Source: Gemmatimonadaceae bacterium (lineage in GTDB: Bacteria; Gemmatimonadota; Gemmatimonadetes; Gemmatimonadales; Gemmatimonadaceae). Taken from it: a DNA stretch of 64,000 bases. This document shows, in pieces, positions 20,995 through 30,722 of the stretch (position 1 is its first letter; each line of letters starts with the position of its first letter). The notes beneath the pieces were generated by a model, which saw only the letters and a program-made list of their open reading frames with translations, was not told the DNA's origin and ran no database searches. The translations under genes and the position numbers were made by a program. The DNA lies in the NCBI GenBank assembly GCA_051859245.1, contig JBHYGA010000006.1, positions 224,001 through 288,000 of the forward strand, given 5' to 3'.

Positions 20995-21669
20995 ATGACT
21001 ATGCGCGATACGCCATCACGCGCCGTTCGGCGGCGATTCTCTCTGCCGTTGCTGGCGCTCACCATCACCGCTGCCTTCGCCCTGCGTGCTGCACCAGTCT
21101 CCGCCGCGGCACTGCCTGAACGATCAACCGATTCCGATGTGCTGTACGCCTGCTTCATTCCTGGCAGCGGCACCATCTATCGCATCAAGACCACGGATCC
21201 CGCCGAAACCTGCAAGTCGGCCAATCACATCCCGCTGCAGTGGCTGGCGGATGGCCCGCAGGGGCCGCAGGGTCCGATCGGCCCACAGGGGCCGCAGGGA
21301 CCGGCAGGCCCCGCTGGCCCGATCGGGGACGCGGGTGCCATTGGCCCCGTCGGACCGGTGGGTGTCCAGGGAACGACGGGCCCGATCGGACCGGCCGGTG
21401 AGCGAGGACCGGGCGGATCGGCGGGCATCGAAGTGATTGAGGTGTCGATTGAGAACGCCGTTGGCGCCGAGGACCAGTCGCTGCTGGCCGAGTGCCCGGC
21501 CGGCAAAAAGATCATCGGCGGTGGATTCTCTCAGAATCCTTCGAACGGCAATGTCGGCGAGTCACGGCCCACCTCCGACAACACCGGCTGGTTCGTGTAC
21601 GTGAACGACCTCTGGCTCAGCTCACCAAATATCAAAGCGTTCGCAATCTGCGCGGTCTGGCTGCCGTGA
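20995..21669 (+). CDS. Secreted collagen-like protein, chain 1
   Basis: Signal peptide, Cys-containing N-domain (YACFIPGSG...TCKS), 20 Gly-X-Y triplets, C-domain [11 protein letters not shown]...CAVWLP. Confidence 0.88.
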   Translation: MTMRDTPSRAVRRRFSLPLLALTITAAFALRAAPVSAAALPERSTDSDVLYACFIPGSGTIYRIKTTDPAETCKSANHIPLQWLADGPQGPQGPIGPQGPQGPAGPAGPIGDAGAIGPVGPVGVQGTTGPIGPAGERGPGGSAGIEVIEVSIENAVGAEDQSLLAECPAGKKIIGGGFSQNPSNGNVGESRPTSDNTGWFVYVNDLWLSSPNIKAFAICAVWLP

Positions 21670-21716
21670 TGCACGTCAAGCGCTCTCCACATTCTCAACC
21701 TGCGGAATACATCACG

Positions 21717-22373
21717 ATGTCTCTCCACAAATCTCAGCGCGTGTGGCAACGGTGCGCGCTTGCCCTCTTGCTTGGTAGCGCACTGGCTGCGCCCGCTCTT
21801 CACGCCGATTCGCTTCGGTCAACGTCCGCGCACGACCCGGAAGCCATCTACGCCTGTTATGTGCCTGGCAGCGGTGCCATGTACCTCATCAAGACCACAG
21901 ATCCGACCGAAACGTGCAAGTCGGCGAGCCACATCCCGTTCCAGTGGCAGGCGACCGGACCGGCCGGTGAGCCGGGTCCGCAGGGACCCGCTGGCACAGT
22001 GGGTCCGCAAGGGCCGATGGGTCCAATCGGTCCGGCGGGGCCTGCCGGACCTCAGGGCCCGACCGGCCCGGCCGGGCTTCAAGGCCCGACCGGCCCGCAG
22101 GGAGCCGCTGGGCCAGGCGGATTCTCCGGCGTTGAAAAAATTGACGCGGATATCTGGAATGCGTGGGCCGACACCGACGGGACCGTCGTTGCGCAGTGCC
22201 CTGCCGGCAAGAAGGTGCTCGGAGGCGGATTCACGTTCCATCCTATCATTGGCCGGGTCGCCGAGTCGCGCCCCTCTGCTGACCGGACCGCGTGGGTTGT
22301 CCACTACACGCACCTTGGCGCCAGCCAAGGATGGCTCGGCGCTTGGGCTTTATGCGCCAATTGGGTGCCATAA
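21717..22373 (+). CDS. Secreted collagen-like protein, chain 2
   Basis: Same architecture, 20 Gly-X-Y triplets; alternative start at 21669. Confidence 0.88.
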   Translation: MSLHKSQRVWQRCALALLLGSALAAPALHADSLRSTSAHDPEAIYACYVPGSGAMYLIKTTDPTETCKSASHIPFQWQATGPAGEPGPQGPAGTVGPQGPMGPIGPAGPAGPQGPTGPAGLQGPTGPQGAAGPGGFSGVEKIDADIWNAWADTDGTVVAQCPAGKKVLGGGFTFHPIIGRVAESRPSADRTAWVVHYTHLGASQGWLGAWALCANWVP

Positions 22374-22429
22374 CAAGAGCATCATAAATACACTCGCTTT
22401 ACACAATAGCTCACACATAGGAGTTCACA

Positions 22430-23089
22430 ATGTTGGCTTTAGAATCGAGACGCCGTCGCACTGATGTACGGCGATCCGTGCTCGCCGCAGTGACAGTCTG
22501 CGTCCTGGCGCTGCCGATCGCTCGCGCCGGAGCCATGCCGAGTACGCATCTGGATGACGAGATCATCCACGCCTGCTTCGTTCCGCAGAGCGGCACGCTG
22601 TACCGCATCAAGGCCACCGACCCCACGGAGACGTGCAAATCGGCCCAGCATGTGCCCATTCAGTGGAACATCACGGGAGACGTTGGGCCGGAAGGCGCGA
22701 CGGGAAGCGCCGGGCCGGCGGGTCCATCGGGGGCGAAGGGTCCGCAGGGCGCTGCAGGACCCGTCGGACCGCAGGGCGACGCCGGGGCGGTGGGACCGGC
22801 TGGCGCCAAAGGCGCGCTGGGACCCGCCGGACCAAACGGCGTTGTCGGCATTGAAGTGGTGAAGGTCACGGAGCAGCACGACTGGATCAGTTTTGATCAT
22901 CAAGTCTGGGCGTACTGCCCTGCCGGCAAAAAGGTGATCGCCGGTGGCCATTCCGTTGCCCCGAACGTTGGGCGCGTCACCGAATCGCGGCCGGAACCCG
23001 ACAACAAATCGTGGTATCTCTACGTGGACAGTCTCGCTGGCAACTCGCCGGATGTCACGGTATACGCCGTGTGTGCACCGTGGCCGTAA
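22430..23089 (+). CDS. Secreted collagen-like protein, chain 3
   Basis: Same architecture, 20 Gly-X-Y triplets; AGGAG RBS. Confidence 0.88.
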   Translation: MLALESRRRRTDVRRSVLAAVTVCVLALPIARAGAMPSTHLDDEIIHACFVPQSGTLYRIKATDPTETCKSAQHVPIQWNITGDVGPEGATGSAGPAGPSGAKGPQGAAGPVGPQGDAGAVGPAGAKGALGPAGPNGVVGIEVVKVTEQHDWISFDHQVWAYCPAGKKVIAGGHSVAPNVGRVTESRPEPDNKSWYLYVDSLAGNSPDVTVYAVCAPWP

Positions 23090-23090
23090 G

Positions 23091-24653
23091 CTACCAGTCC
23101 GTTGGCTTGTAGTCCTTCAGAAACTTGCCCCACACATGCGTGCCGGTGTTGATGCCATCAATGATCGGATCAACAATGCGCGCAGCACCATCGAGAATAT
23201 CCAGCGGCGGATGAAAGCGATGCTCGGCCACCTTGCGCGCGGCAATCTCCGCTGGATCCTCGTCGGTCACCCAACCCGTGTCCACCGCGTTCATGTGAAT
23301 GCCGTCGGTGTAATAATCCGCCGCCGCTGTGCGCGTCATCATGTTGAGCGCCGCTTTCGCCATGTTCGTATGCGGATGACGCGTCGTCTTGAACTTGCGG
23401 TAGAACTGTCCTTCCACCGCTGACACATTCACAATGTGTTTGTCGCGGTTTGGCGTGCGCAGCATGAGTGGCTTGAGACGCGCATTGATCAGGAACGGTG
23501 CGACCGCATTCACCAGCTGCACTTCGAGCAACTCCACGCTCGGTACCTCCGCCATCAGCATGCGCCACGAGTTGCGATCGCGCAGATCCACCTGCTGCAT
23601 GTCCTGATCCAGCTGTCCCTGCGGAAACAGATGCGCCTGCGGTGACGCTTCGTCTGGCAACAACGCGATCTGCGACAGCTCGGCGGCGTGCGTGAGGCCG
23701 GCAACACTGCCGAGTTGTTTTGTGGCAATCGAGGTGCTGCTGTCGGCACCCGTGCTCTCTGGCAGCATGTTGTACGAGCGAACGCCCTCGTACGCGCCGA
23801 GCACTTTCTGGATGTGCGCTGGCATGTTGCCAATCGACGCCGTTTCCAGATCCATCATGTGCTTGTAAAAGTCAGGCGGGCGCCGCACCGTCTGACACGC
23901 ATTGTTGATGATGAAGTCAAGACGGTCGTGCGTTTCGTTCAACTGATGACAAAACGCTTCAACACTCGGCGTGTGACGCAGATCGAGACCAAAAATTTCG
24001 AGCCGGTGTGACCATTCTTCAAAATCCGGCTCCATCGCGTAGCGCGCCGCGGAATCGCGCGGGAAACGCGTGGTCACAATAAGATGTGCACCGGCGCGCA
24101 ACAGCTTGATGCCCGCCTGGTAGCCGATTTTTACGCGACCACCGGTGAGCAGGGCGACGCGTCCAGACAAATCCGCCAGCTCGGTGCGCTTGGCGTAGTT
24201 GAACGCCGCGCAACTCGGGCAGAGCTGGTCGTAAAAGTGATGCAGTACATCGAACGACTGTTTGCACACATAACAGTGCTGCGCTTCAATCGCCTCGCGA
24301 AAATCAGGATCGTCCACCGTTTCCTGTTCATCGCCGCTCGGCAGGGCGTAGTTCGGCGTGGTGAACACGGTTTGCCGGCGCAGCGAGCGGATACCGGTGC
24401 TATTGAGTTGCGCCTCGGCGTCTTTCACGCGTTCCTGCCGCTCCGACTTTTTCTGGCGCTTGGTGGCTTTGACCAGCTGGCGCCGCAGAATGGCATCCGG
24501 GCGGGACACCTCACCGGCGGCGCGCAGCAGGCGATTGCGCTCCTCTTCGGAAATCTCAAGCAGACGCGCACGGTCCGTGGCCAGCGCTTCGAGCAGCGCC
24601 GTGGCTTCGCGGACCTGGGCCAGGAAATCGGGGGACTGGGGCATAGCCTTCAA
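23091..24653 (-). CDS. Extended SDR family oxidoreductase with N-terminal CxxC..CxxC
   Basis: TGGRVKIG, INNA, VNVSA, NAVDTGW; CYVC...CPSC. Confidence 0.85.
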   Translation of the reverse strand: MKAMPQSPDFLAQVREATALLEALATDRARLLEISEEERNRLLRAAGEVSRPDAILRRQLVKATKRQKKSERQERVKDAEAQLNSTGIRSLRRQTVFTTPNYALPSGDEQETVDDPDFREAIEAQHCYVCKQSFDVLHHFYDQLCPSCAAFNYAKRTELADLSGRVALLTGGRVKIGYQAGIKLLRAGAHLIVTTRFPRDSAARYAMEPDFEEWSHRLEIFGLDLRHTPSVEAFCHQLNETHDRLDFIINNACQTVRRPPDFYKHMMDLETASIGNMPAHIQKVLGAYEGVRSYNMLPESTGADSSTSIATKQLGSVAGLTHAAELSQIALLPDEASPQAHLFPQGQLDQDMQQVDLRDRNSWRMLMAEVPSVELLEVQLVNAVAPFLINARLKPLMLRTPNRDKHIVNVSAVEGQFYRKFKTTRHPHTNMAKAALNMMTRTAAADYYTDGIHMNAVDTGWVTDEDPAEIAARKVAEHRFHPPLDILDGAARIVDPIIDGINTGTHVWGKFLKDYKPTDW

Positions 24654-24850
24654 AGATAGCCAATTCGGGGCTTCGCCGTCGCACTTCGCTTACCCGGAAA
24701 CGACCGTCCGCACCTGACATGTGTCCCATTACAGACCAGCCGCGACACTTGTCGGATACCGCCGTTGGGCATTCCCAACGATGCTGGAGTCGAGGGCGCG
24801 GGAATCACCCGTGCCTGCGTTGCATGCGACATTCGACGGGAGCCTGAACC

Positions 24851-25372
24851 ATGTGCACACATCCGGATGACACTTCGACCGCGAACAGCTCGTCGCCGGC
24901 GCTTGATCGCCGAACCTTCCTGCGGAACTCGGCGCTTTTCGCCGTTGGCGTGCTCGTCGCGCAGGGGCTCTCGCCCGACAGTGCGCTGGCTGACCACGCC
25001 CGCTTCATTAAGCCGCTGGAGTCGACCGCGCGCGAGCGTGCCTACGGGCTGCCCACGCACGACAGTGTCTCGGTCGACGAAGCCGAGCGCCTGATGCTCG
25101 TGCGGTCGAACCGCAAAGTGTACGCGTTTTCGCTGGAGTGCCCGCACCGGGGCCGTTTGCTGGAGTGGCAGCCCGATGGTCCGCAGTTCTATTGCCCCAA
25201 GCACAAGGCCCGGTTCTCCACCGAGGGGGCGAATATCGGGGGACGGAAAACAAGCGCGCTCGACCGCTACGCGCTGCGCCGCGACGGGATGCGGGTGGTG
25301 GTAGCGCTTGACCAGCTACTCTCCATGACCGACGCGCCAGCAGAATGGGCGGCGGCGGTGTTGAACGTATGA
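24851..25372 (+). CDS. Tat-exported Rieske 2Fe-2S protein
   Basis: DRRTFL twin-arginine signal; CPH and CPKH cluster ligands. Confidence 0.85.
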   Translation: MCTHPDDTSTANSSSPALDRRTFLRNSALFAVGVLVAQGLSPDSALADHARFIKPLESTARERAYGLPTHDSVSVDEAERLMLVRSNRKVYAFSLECPHRGRLLEWQPDGPQFYCPKHKARFSTEGANIGGRKTSALDRYALRRDGMRVVVALDQLLSMTDAPAEWAAAVLNV

Positions 25373-25422
25373 CTGCGCCGACGTGCGGCGCGACGTGTGT
25401 GATCACACGCCGCGCCGTTCTG

Positions 25423-25998
25423 TCATTGACGCCGCTGCTGAAAGCGCAGCCCCAATCCGAACGACACGATCTGATACCGCTCGCCGCGAAGGGACGGGAG
25501 TAGCATTCCGCGCACGTTCGCGGTCATCGCCACGCGCGTCTGTGCTGGTACGGCGAGATCAAGACGACCGGCAACACCGATGGTCGCCTGCTTCTCCTGC
25601 GCCAGCGTGGGACCAGCGAACACGCGCAGTAATCCGTTGGCGCTACGCCAGCCGGCAAGTGCCGTCAGGCTGGCGATCTCTCGGTGCGTTGGCACGCAGC
25701 CGCCGGACCCATCTGGTGTGCAGAGCAGATCGCGCGCGGCGCCCCCGTCAGCGGAGAGTGCCAAACCGAGCACGAGCCCAGACGCGCTGCGTTCCACATT
25801 CGATCGTGCGAGTAGAATGTTTCCGCCGTACCCATCTCCTTCGCCGGAATACGCACGCGACGACGCGCGTGTACCACCAAGCGTGACATCAGCGGAGTAT
25901 CGTGCCTGTGCGTGCGCAGCGCGTGCGCTCGCACCCGAAGTCAGGACAAACAGACACAAGACACACGCTGCGCCAACTGTGGCGCGCACCGTTAGCAC
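25423..25998 (-). CDS. Hypothetical secreted/outer-membrane beta-strand protein
   Basis: Signal peptide, alternating beta pattern, near-terminal FGLGLRF. Confidence 0.55.
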   Translation of the reverse strand: MLTVRATVGAACVLCLFVLTSGASARAAHAQARYSADVTLGGTRASSRAYSGEGDGYGGNILLARSNVERSASGLVLGLALSADGGAARDLLCTPDGSGGCVPTHREIASLTALAGWRSANGLLRVFAGPTLAQEKQATIGVAGRLDLAVPAQTRVAMTANVRGMLLPSLRGERYQIVSFGLGLRFQQRRQ

Positions 25999-26534
25999 GC
26001 GGGTATCGGAGAAAATCGTTCGAGATACACGGGCGTCCCTTCACGTTTCGGTACCAGCGCCATCGCCACCGGAGAACCAACCATAGCTTGTATGGCGGCG
26101 GGAACGCACTCGGGATTGCTGCCGTAACGTAGCACGAGTACGTAGAGCTGCCCGGAGTTCTCCATCACACCGGCAATGCCAACCTGCTCCCATGGCGCAG
26201 CTACTCGGCCGATCGCTTCAACAACGATCATTTCCGAGTCAAAGTCTACGGCTGGCTGCGGGCTCGGCGCTCGGAGCTGCTTCCACAAGACTTCCCACTC
26301 GCTTGATGTTCGCACGACAAAGCGAGATGGCGTCACGAGATCAGTGCGTCGCGGCAGTCGACTGACAATTTCATTGAACTCCGCATTGCGCGTGCTGTTG
26401 ACGATGAGCTGCACCGACCCGCTGGGGAGCTCTGTCGTCCAAGGATCAGACGGCAGTTCCCGACACGACAGCACAACGAGCGATATCGCCAGCATCGACA
26501 TCACGGCACCGCGGATACGTTCACGAGTGCGCAT
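25992..26534 (-). CDS. Lipoprotein with PrcB C-terminal-like domain
   Basis: Lipobox VLSC; W..LW...P.PAVDFDSEMIVV...SPVAMALVPK. Confidence 0.65.
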   Translation of the reverse strand: MRTRERIRGAVMSMLAISLVVLSCRELPSDPWTTELPSGSVQLIVNSTRNAEFNEIVSRLPRRTDLVTPSRFVVRTSSEWEVLWKQLRAPSPQPAVDFDSEMIVVEAIGRVAAPWEQVGIAGVMENSGQLYVLVLRYGSNPECVPAAIQAMVGSPVAMALVPKREGTPVYLERFSPIPAC

Positions 26535-26541
26535 CGCTGTC

Positions 26542-27393
26542 TCAGGGAAAGAGATTCAACGGTGGAGCGCCGCATGCGGTCCCGCTGCACATCCGCCGCG
26601 CCTGGGCCATACGATCCGCCAAACGTGCCACGGAAAACCGCTGCTCGCCAGCCGACATCTCGATCGCTGCACGCGTATCGATCAATGCGCGCAACGCCGC
26701 GCCGTCCGATGTGTTGCGCACACTCGCCACCTTGCTGTCCATGCGCAGTGCCGCCAGATCGTGCAGCACCCAATAGTTGTACGCGTTCGCGCCCTCGGCA
26801 ATCGGAACGGATCCGTCGCCACTGGCCAGACGATTGGCAATGTCGCGCGCATTGGTGAGCGTGCTCAGCGCGGCGCTTGCATTGCCAGCTGCAACCTGCA
26901 TAGCCGCTTCACCCAGCAAGTACGACACTGACTCACGCTTGATCGTGCGCGGTACATCGAGGCCGTCATACGCACGTTTGTGCAGCGCCCGCGCGTCGCT
27001 CACACGATTCTGTCGAGCGAGCCATCGCACATAACCGTCAACGGCATTGAGATCCCCCGGCTCCGCCATCTGCACCGCTTCCTGATACGCGACATCCGCC
27101 GAGTCGGCCCGCTTGAGCAACACCGCAAACACTTCCGCCATGCCCAGACGCGCCGCACTCGCCAAGCCCGGATCGCGCGCCGTACGCCCCTGCGCAAGCG
27201 CCCGCGTGTACGCCGCTAATGCAGAGTCCGCCTGGCCAGCCACGGCCAACTCCTGCCCGCGCGCCCACGCCACCTCACCTGACTCGCGCGTCTGCGCCGG
27301 AACATCCTGCAGCGCGATACTCAGTCCAAATACCGCTGTTGCGAGCGCGCGCGCAGCGGCAGCGATTGATGCATGAGGACGATTCACGAGCAT
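26542..27393 (-). CDS. Secreted TPR-like helical protein
   Basis: Signal peptide; DSALAAYTRAL and DSADVAYQEAV helical repeats. Confidence 0.6.
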   Translation of the reverse strand: MLVNRPHASIAAAARALATAVFGLSIALQDVPAQTRESGEVAWARGQELAVAGQADSALAAYTRALAQGRTARDPGLASAARLGMAEVFAVLLKRADSADVAYQEAVQMAEPGDLNAVDGYVRWLARQNRVSDARALHKRAYDGLDVPRTIKRESVSYLLGEAAMQVAAGNASAALSTLTNARDIANRLASGDGSVPIAEGANAYNYWVLHDLAALRMDSKVASVRNTSDGAALRALIDTRAAIEMSAGEQRFSVARLADRMAQARRMCSGTACGAPPLNLFP

Positions 27394-27470
27394 TGTTCTA
27401 CTCCGGTTTCAGGGTGGGCCACTCGCTTCCTACCCGTCGCTCGACTTGGCGTTCACAACCCCCAAATCTG

Positions 27471-27623
27471 TTGCAGTTTTCGTGTTCTTTGTGCCTTCGT
27501 GTCCTTCCCGCCGCTGTTCCCTCAGCACTAGGAGCATCTCGGCTTCAACGCCGGACGCTCTCCTAATGCAAGAGAACAGCGGGCAGGAAGGACACGAAGG
27601 CACGAAAGACACGAAAACTGCAA
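27471..27623. repeat. ~150-nt long inverted repeat (MITE/REP-like hairpin)
   Basis: 27471-27519 is a near-perfect reverse complement of 27574-27623; arms contain periodic CACGAA repeats. Confidence 0.8.
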
Positions 27624-27658
27624 AGCAAATAAAGGGGAGTCGCAGCCAAATGATGGCG

Positions 27659-27709
27659 AAAAAATCAACGCCCCGCCAACTCGCAAAAGCGAACTGGCGG
27701 GGCGTTGAT
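27659..27709 (-). terminator. Rho-independent terminator of the LVIVD gene
   Basis: ATCAACGCCCCGCCA / TGGCGGGGCGTTGAT stem followed by a U6 tract on the minus strand. Confidence 0.85.
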
Positions 27710-27750
27710 GTGAACAACGTTACCGGCGCGAACGCCGGCGAACGATGTGA

Positions 27751-29754
27751 TTACATCACCGTCACCTGCAAATCCTGCAGCGCCTTCTTGAGCAAGTCGA
27801 CGCGCTTGGCATCACAGCCACGCTCTGCTTCGATTTCCGTGCTCAGCTTCTGCAGCGCCGAGTTGCGCGCGGCACCAGAGGCGCGCTCGGCGCCCGCGAT
27901 CGACGAACGAATCGCACTGATGCGCGTAGCGTTTACACAGCCTTTGCGCTCGATCTGATCAGTGTACGCCTTGGCGAGTGCGAAGCTCGGCGGCCACACA
28001 ATCTTCGGCTGACCCTGCGCGTTCAGGTATTCCCACTTCACCGTCTTCGCCGCGTCGATTTCATTCTGCGACACGTACTGGCTCGGCACGAGCTCAGCAA
28101 TGTCGAGACCACGTGCGATTTCGGAGCTGATCATCGCGCCGTTGTACCAGTACACGGACCACGAACCACCGCTCACCATACGCGTGGAGTCCACCGGACC
28201 ACGGTCGAACGAGGCGATTTCAAACGGCTTGGCGGGGTCCGTCCAGTCGAACACCGAAATGCCACCCTGATACCACGCCTGCACCATCACGTCACGACCC
28301 GGAATCGGAATCAGTGAACCATTATGTGCCACGCAGTTTTCGAGCGACGACTGCACGGCCGGCAACTTGTAGTAGCTCTTGAATACGAGCTTGCGATTTT
28401 CAATGGCGAAGATCGCGTTCGAACCCCACTCCGGCTTGTCACCTTCGCGGCACTTCGGCGAGCTGCCACCGCCCCACTCGTCGGAGAAGAGCATCTGCGT
28501 GCCGTCGTTGTTGAACGTGGCCGAGTGCCAGTACGCAAAGTTCGAGTCAGCCACGGCGTCGAGACGACGCGGGTTCACCGGATCACTGATGTCGATGAGC
28601 AAACCATGTCCTTCGCACGCGCCACCGGCGAGTCCAAGCGCCGGATACACCGTGATGTCGTGGCACTGTGAACGATCAGAGACCGACTGATTGCTCGTGC
28701 CCGCCGTTGGCGCTGCGGCAAACGTGCGATTCATGATGTTCTGCAGTGCGCCGCGCAGCGTTGCACTGTCAGCAGCCGTTGGCGCGCCGGTTCCGCCGCG
28801 CACCTTCACCAGGCTGTCGAGCAGTGGTGCGGCCTGACGCGGGTTCAGTGCGGCCTCTGCACCAGACTGCGGATTGCGATAAATGAAGGCACCGCTGCGA
28901 CGCGCGGCATCAAGCGCGGCCGAGGCGGCGGCTTTGTCAGCGTCAGACAGACCGTGACGCGGCGGCGCGGACAGGCCGGCAAAAATGTTGGCGCGACCAA
29001 CAACCGCCGACTTGGCCGGATCGGCGAGTGGCACCTTGATGATTTCAATGCGCAAACGCGACGAGTTCGGATCGCTGGCGTCAAGATCGCCCGCGCAACC
29101 GGCGAGTTCCGCGGCCGGACGAATGCCCGACGAACCCGACACGTAGATGTAGACGTTCTGCTTGTCCTTCGGATCTTCGAGCACCGTGTGCGTGTGCGAA
29201 CCGCGGCACGTCTGCACATTGGCCACCAACTTCGGCGCCTTGATATCGGTGATGTCAAACACGCGCACGCCACGCATGCGGTCCTTGCTCACCGCTTCAC
29301 GCACGCCACCCGGCATGCAATCGGTGCGACCGTTGGCCGCTTCAGCCGACATGAACATCAGGTTCTTGTACACGGACACGTCGTTCTGCGACGCCGGGCA
29401 CGAGAACGCCGTGACGAGCTTGGGCGCGTTCGGGTTGCTCACGTCCCAGATCACGGGGCCGTTGTAGTTACCCTGAATGGCGTAGTTGCCCGTAAATGCG
29501 AGATCGGAATTCGTGACGCCAAGAAATCCGGCCGGTGACTGCGCCTTGGCCGTCACCTTGAGGTTCGACACGGCTTCTTCCGCGTCAAACAGACCCGCCT
29601 TGAGTCCGACGCGCGGATCATTCTGCGGCGACGGGGCGGTGTTGGGCTTGCTGCTCGAGCAGGCCGCGAGTCCGGCAAGCGCCGCAACCGTCGCGGCACG
29701 CGCGGCGAATGCGACAGCGGATGCGACGGTGCCGCGATGAGAAAGAACGGTCAT
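27751..29754 (-). CDS. LVIVD-repeat beta-propeller lipoprotein
   Basis: Lipobox LAAC; repeats IWDVSNP, VFDITD, LIDISDP, VFDWTDP; His/Cys motifs CRGSHTH, CHD, WHS, CVAH. Confidence 0.85.
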   Translation of the reverse strand: MTVLSHRGTVASAVAFAARAATVAALAGLAACSSSKPNTAPSPQNDPRVGLKAGLFDAEEAVSNLKVTAKAQSPAGFLGVTNSDLAFTGNYAIQGNYNGPVIWDVSNPNAPKLVTAFSCPASQNDVSVYKNLMFMSAEAANGRTDCMPGGVREAVSKDRMRGVRVFDITDIKAPKLVANVQTCRGSHTHTVLEDPKDKQNVYIYVSGSSGIRPAAELAGCAGDLDASDPNSSRLRIEIIKVPLADPAKSAVVGRANIFAGLSAPPRHGLSDADKAAASAALDAARRSGAFIYRNPQSGAEAALNPRQAAPLLDSLVKVRGGTGAPTAADSATLRGALQNIMNRTFAAAPTAGTSNQSVSDRSQCHDITVYPALGLAGGACEGHGLLIDISDPVNPRRLDAVADSNFAYWHSATFNNDGTQMLFSDEWGGGSSPKCREGDKPEWGSNAIFAIENRKLVFKSYYKLPAVQSSLENCVAHNGSLIPIPGRDVMVQAWYQGGISVFDWTDPAKPFEIASFDRGPVDSTRMVSGGSWSVYWYNGAMISSEIARGLDIAELVPSQYVSQNEIDAAKTVKWEYLNAQGQPKIVWPPSFALAKAYTDQIERKGCVNATRISAIRSSIAGAERASGAARNSALQKLSTEIEAERGCDAKRVDLLKKALQDLQVTVM

Positions 29755-29835
29755 GCGTGATCCTCAGAGTGAACGAACGTGAACACAAAACACAACAACG
29801 ACAGTGTGCTGAGCACGCCAATGTCGCGCGCCCAA

Positions 29836-30540
29836 CTATTCAAACGGCGGTACAAACCCAAGTTCGAGCATCATGGTGAGCATGCGACGAATTTCTGTGG
29901 ACTGATCCACTTCCACATCGTTCGCAAACTTGAACACGGTTTCATCCTGGCCGGCGCCCGGTGACTTGAACAGCTCCTTCACCATGCTCACCGCGCCACG
30001 GTGATGCGCCATCATGAAGGTCAGAAAGAGCCGGTCAAACTCTTCGCCGCGAGCGGCATTGAGTTCCTTGAGCTGCGCATCGGTCAGCATGCCCGGCATC
30101 GTCATGCCACCCATCTTCGACATATCGTGACCCGGCATGTCGTGTCCCGCATGCGCATCACCACCACCACTCACATTGCCCAGTGAATCGATTTCCGGCG
30201 CGGACTGATTGCGATCCTTGAGCCAGGTCTGCATGAGTTCGATCTCGTCTTTCTGCGCATTGATGATGCGTTCAGTGAGTCGAATCACGGCTGGATCGGC
30301 GCCATGTGAGGGCGCCCATTTGGAAATCACAATCGCCTGCGCGTGATGATGAATCATGCCGCGCATGAAATCGATGTCGGCCTGCGTGTACGGATAGCGC
30401 ATGCTGTCCGCGCGCGCGCGGAGAATCGCGCCCTCCTGACCCATCACAAAGGCGGGCGTGGCAGAGCGCGAGGAGGCGCAGCCAGCGACAAGGAGCAGCG
30501 ACCCAAGCGTCGCGCCGAAAAGAGCGGTGTGGCGAAGCAT
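29836..30540 (-). CDS. DUF305 (CopM-like ferritin-fold) lipoprotein
   Basis: ADIDFMRGMIHHHAQA, FLTFMMAHHRGAV, His/Met-rich loop HAGHDMPGHDM; VAGC lipobox. Confidence 0.88.
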   Translation of the reverse strand: MLRHTALFGATLGSLLLVAGCASSRSATPAFVMGQEGAILRARADSMRYPYTQADIDFMRGMIHHHAQAIVISKWAPSHGADPAVIRLTERIINAQKDEIELMQTWLKDRNQSAPEIDSLGNVSGGGDAHAGHDMPGHDMSKMGGMTMPGMLTDAQLKELNAARGEEFDRLFLTFMMAHHRGAVSMVKELFKSPGAGQDETVFKFANDVEVDQSTEIRRMLTMMLELGFVPPFE

Positions 30541-30722
30541 GTAGCGTTGGGGGACGGACGAGGCGGGCAACGTGGGCGCAGGTACTCGGCGCCATCCTGA
30601 GGGTGCGTCAGGGGTAATCCGAAATCTACCGTCTCGTGTCGGAATCCCAACCCGCGAGGGACGACAGGCTGCTGCTACCCGTTGGTACGCGCCACCCGGG
30701 CGGGGCGCTGATGCACGGCGGG

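Noticed and set aside
20995..23089. Diversity-generating retroelement or shufflon explanation for the collagen paralogs
   Set aside because: Differences are not adenine-specific; no reverse transcriptase, template repeat or recombinase; each copy is a complete gene
27430..27958. ORFs 27430-27717 (-) and 27446-27958 (+) with TKDTK/FVSFV repeats
   Set aside because: Translations of the inverted-repeat element and of antisense LVIVD sequence; not credible proteins
30590..30620. Second CsoR box upstream of DUF305
   Set aside because: Only a half-site (GGGGTAAT) with no matching palindromic arm
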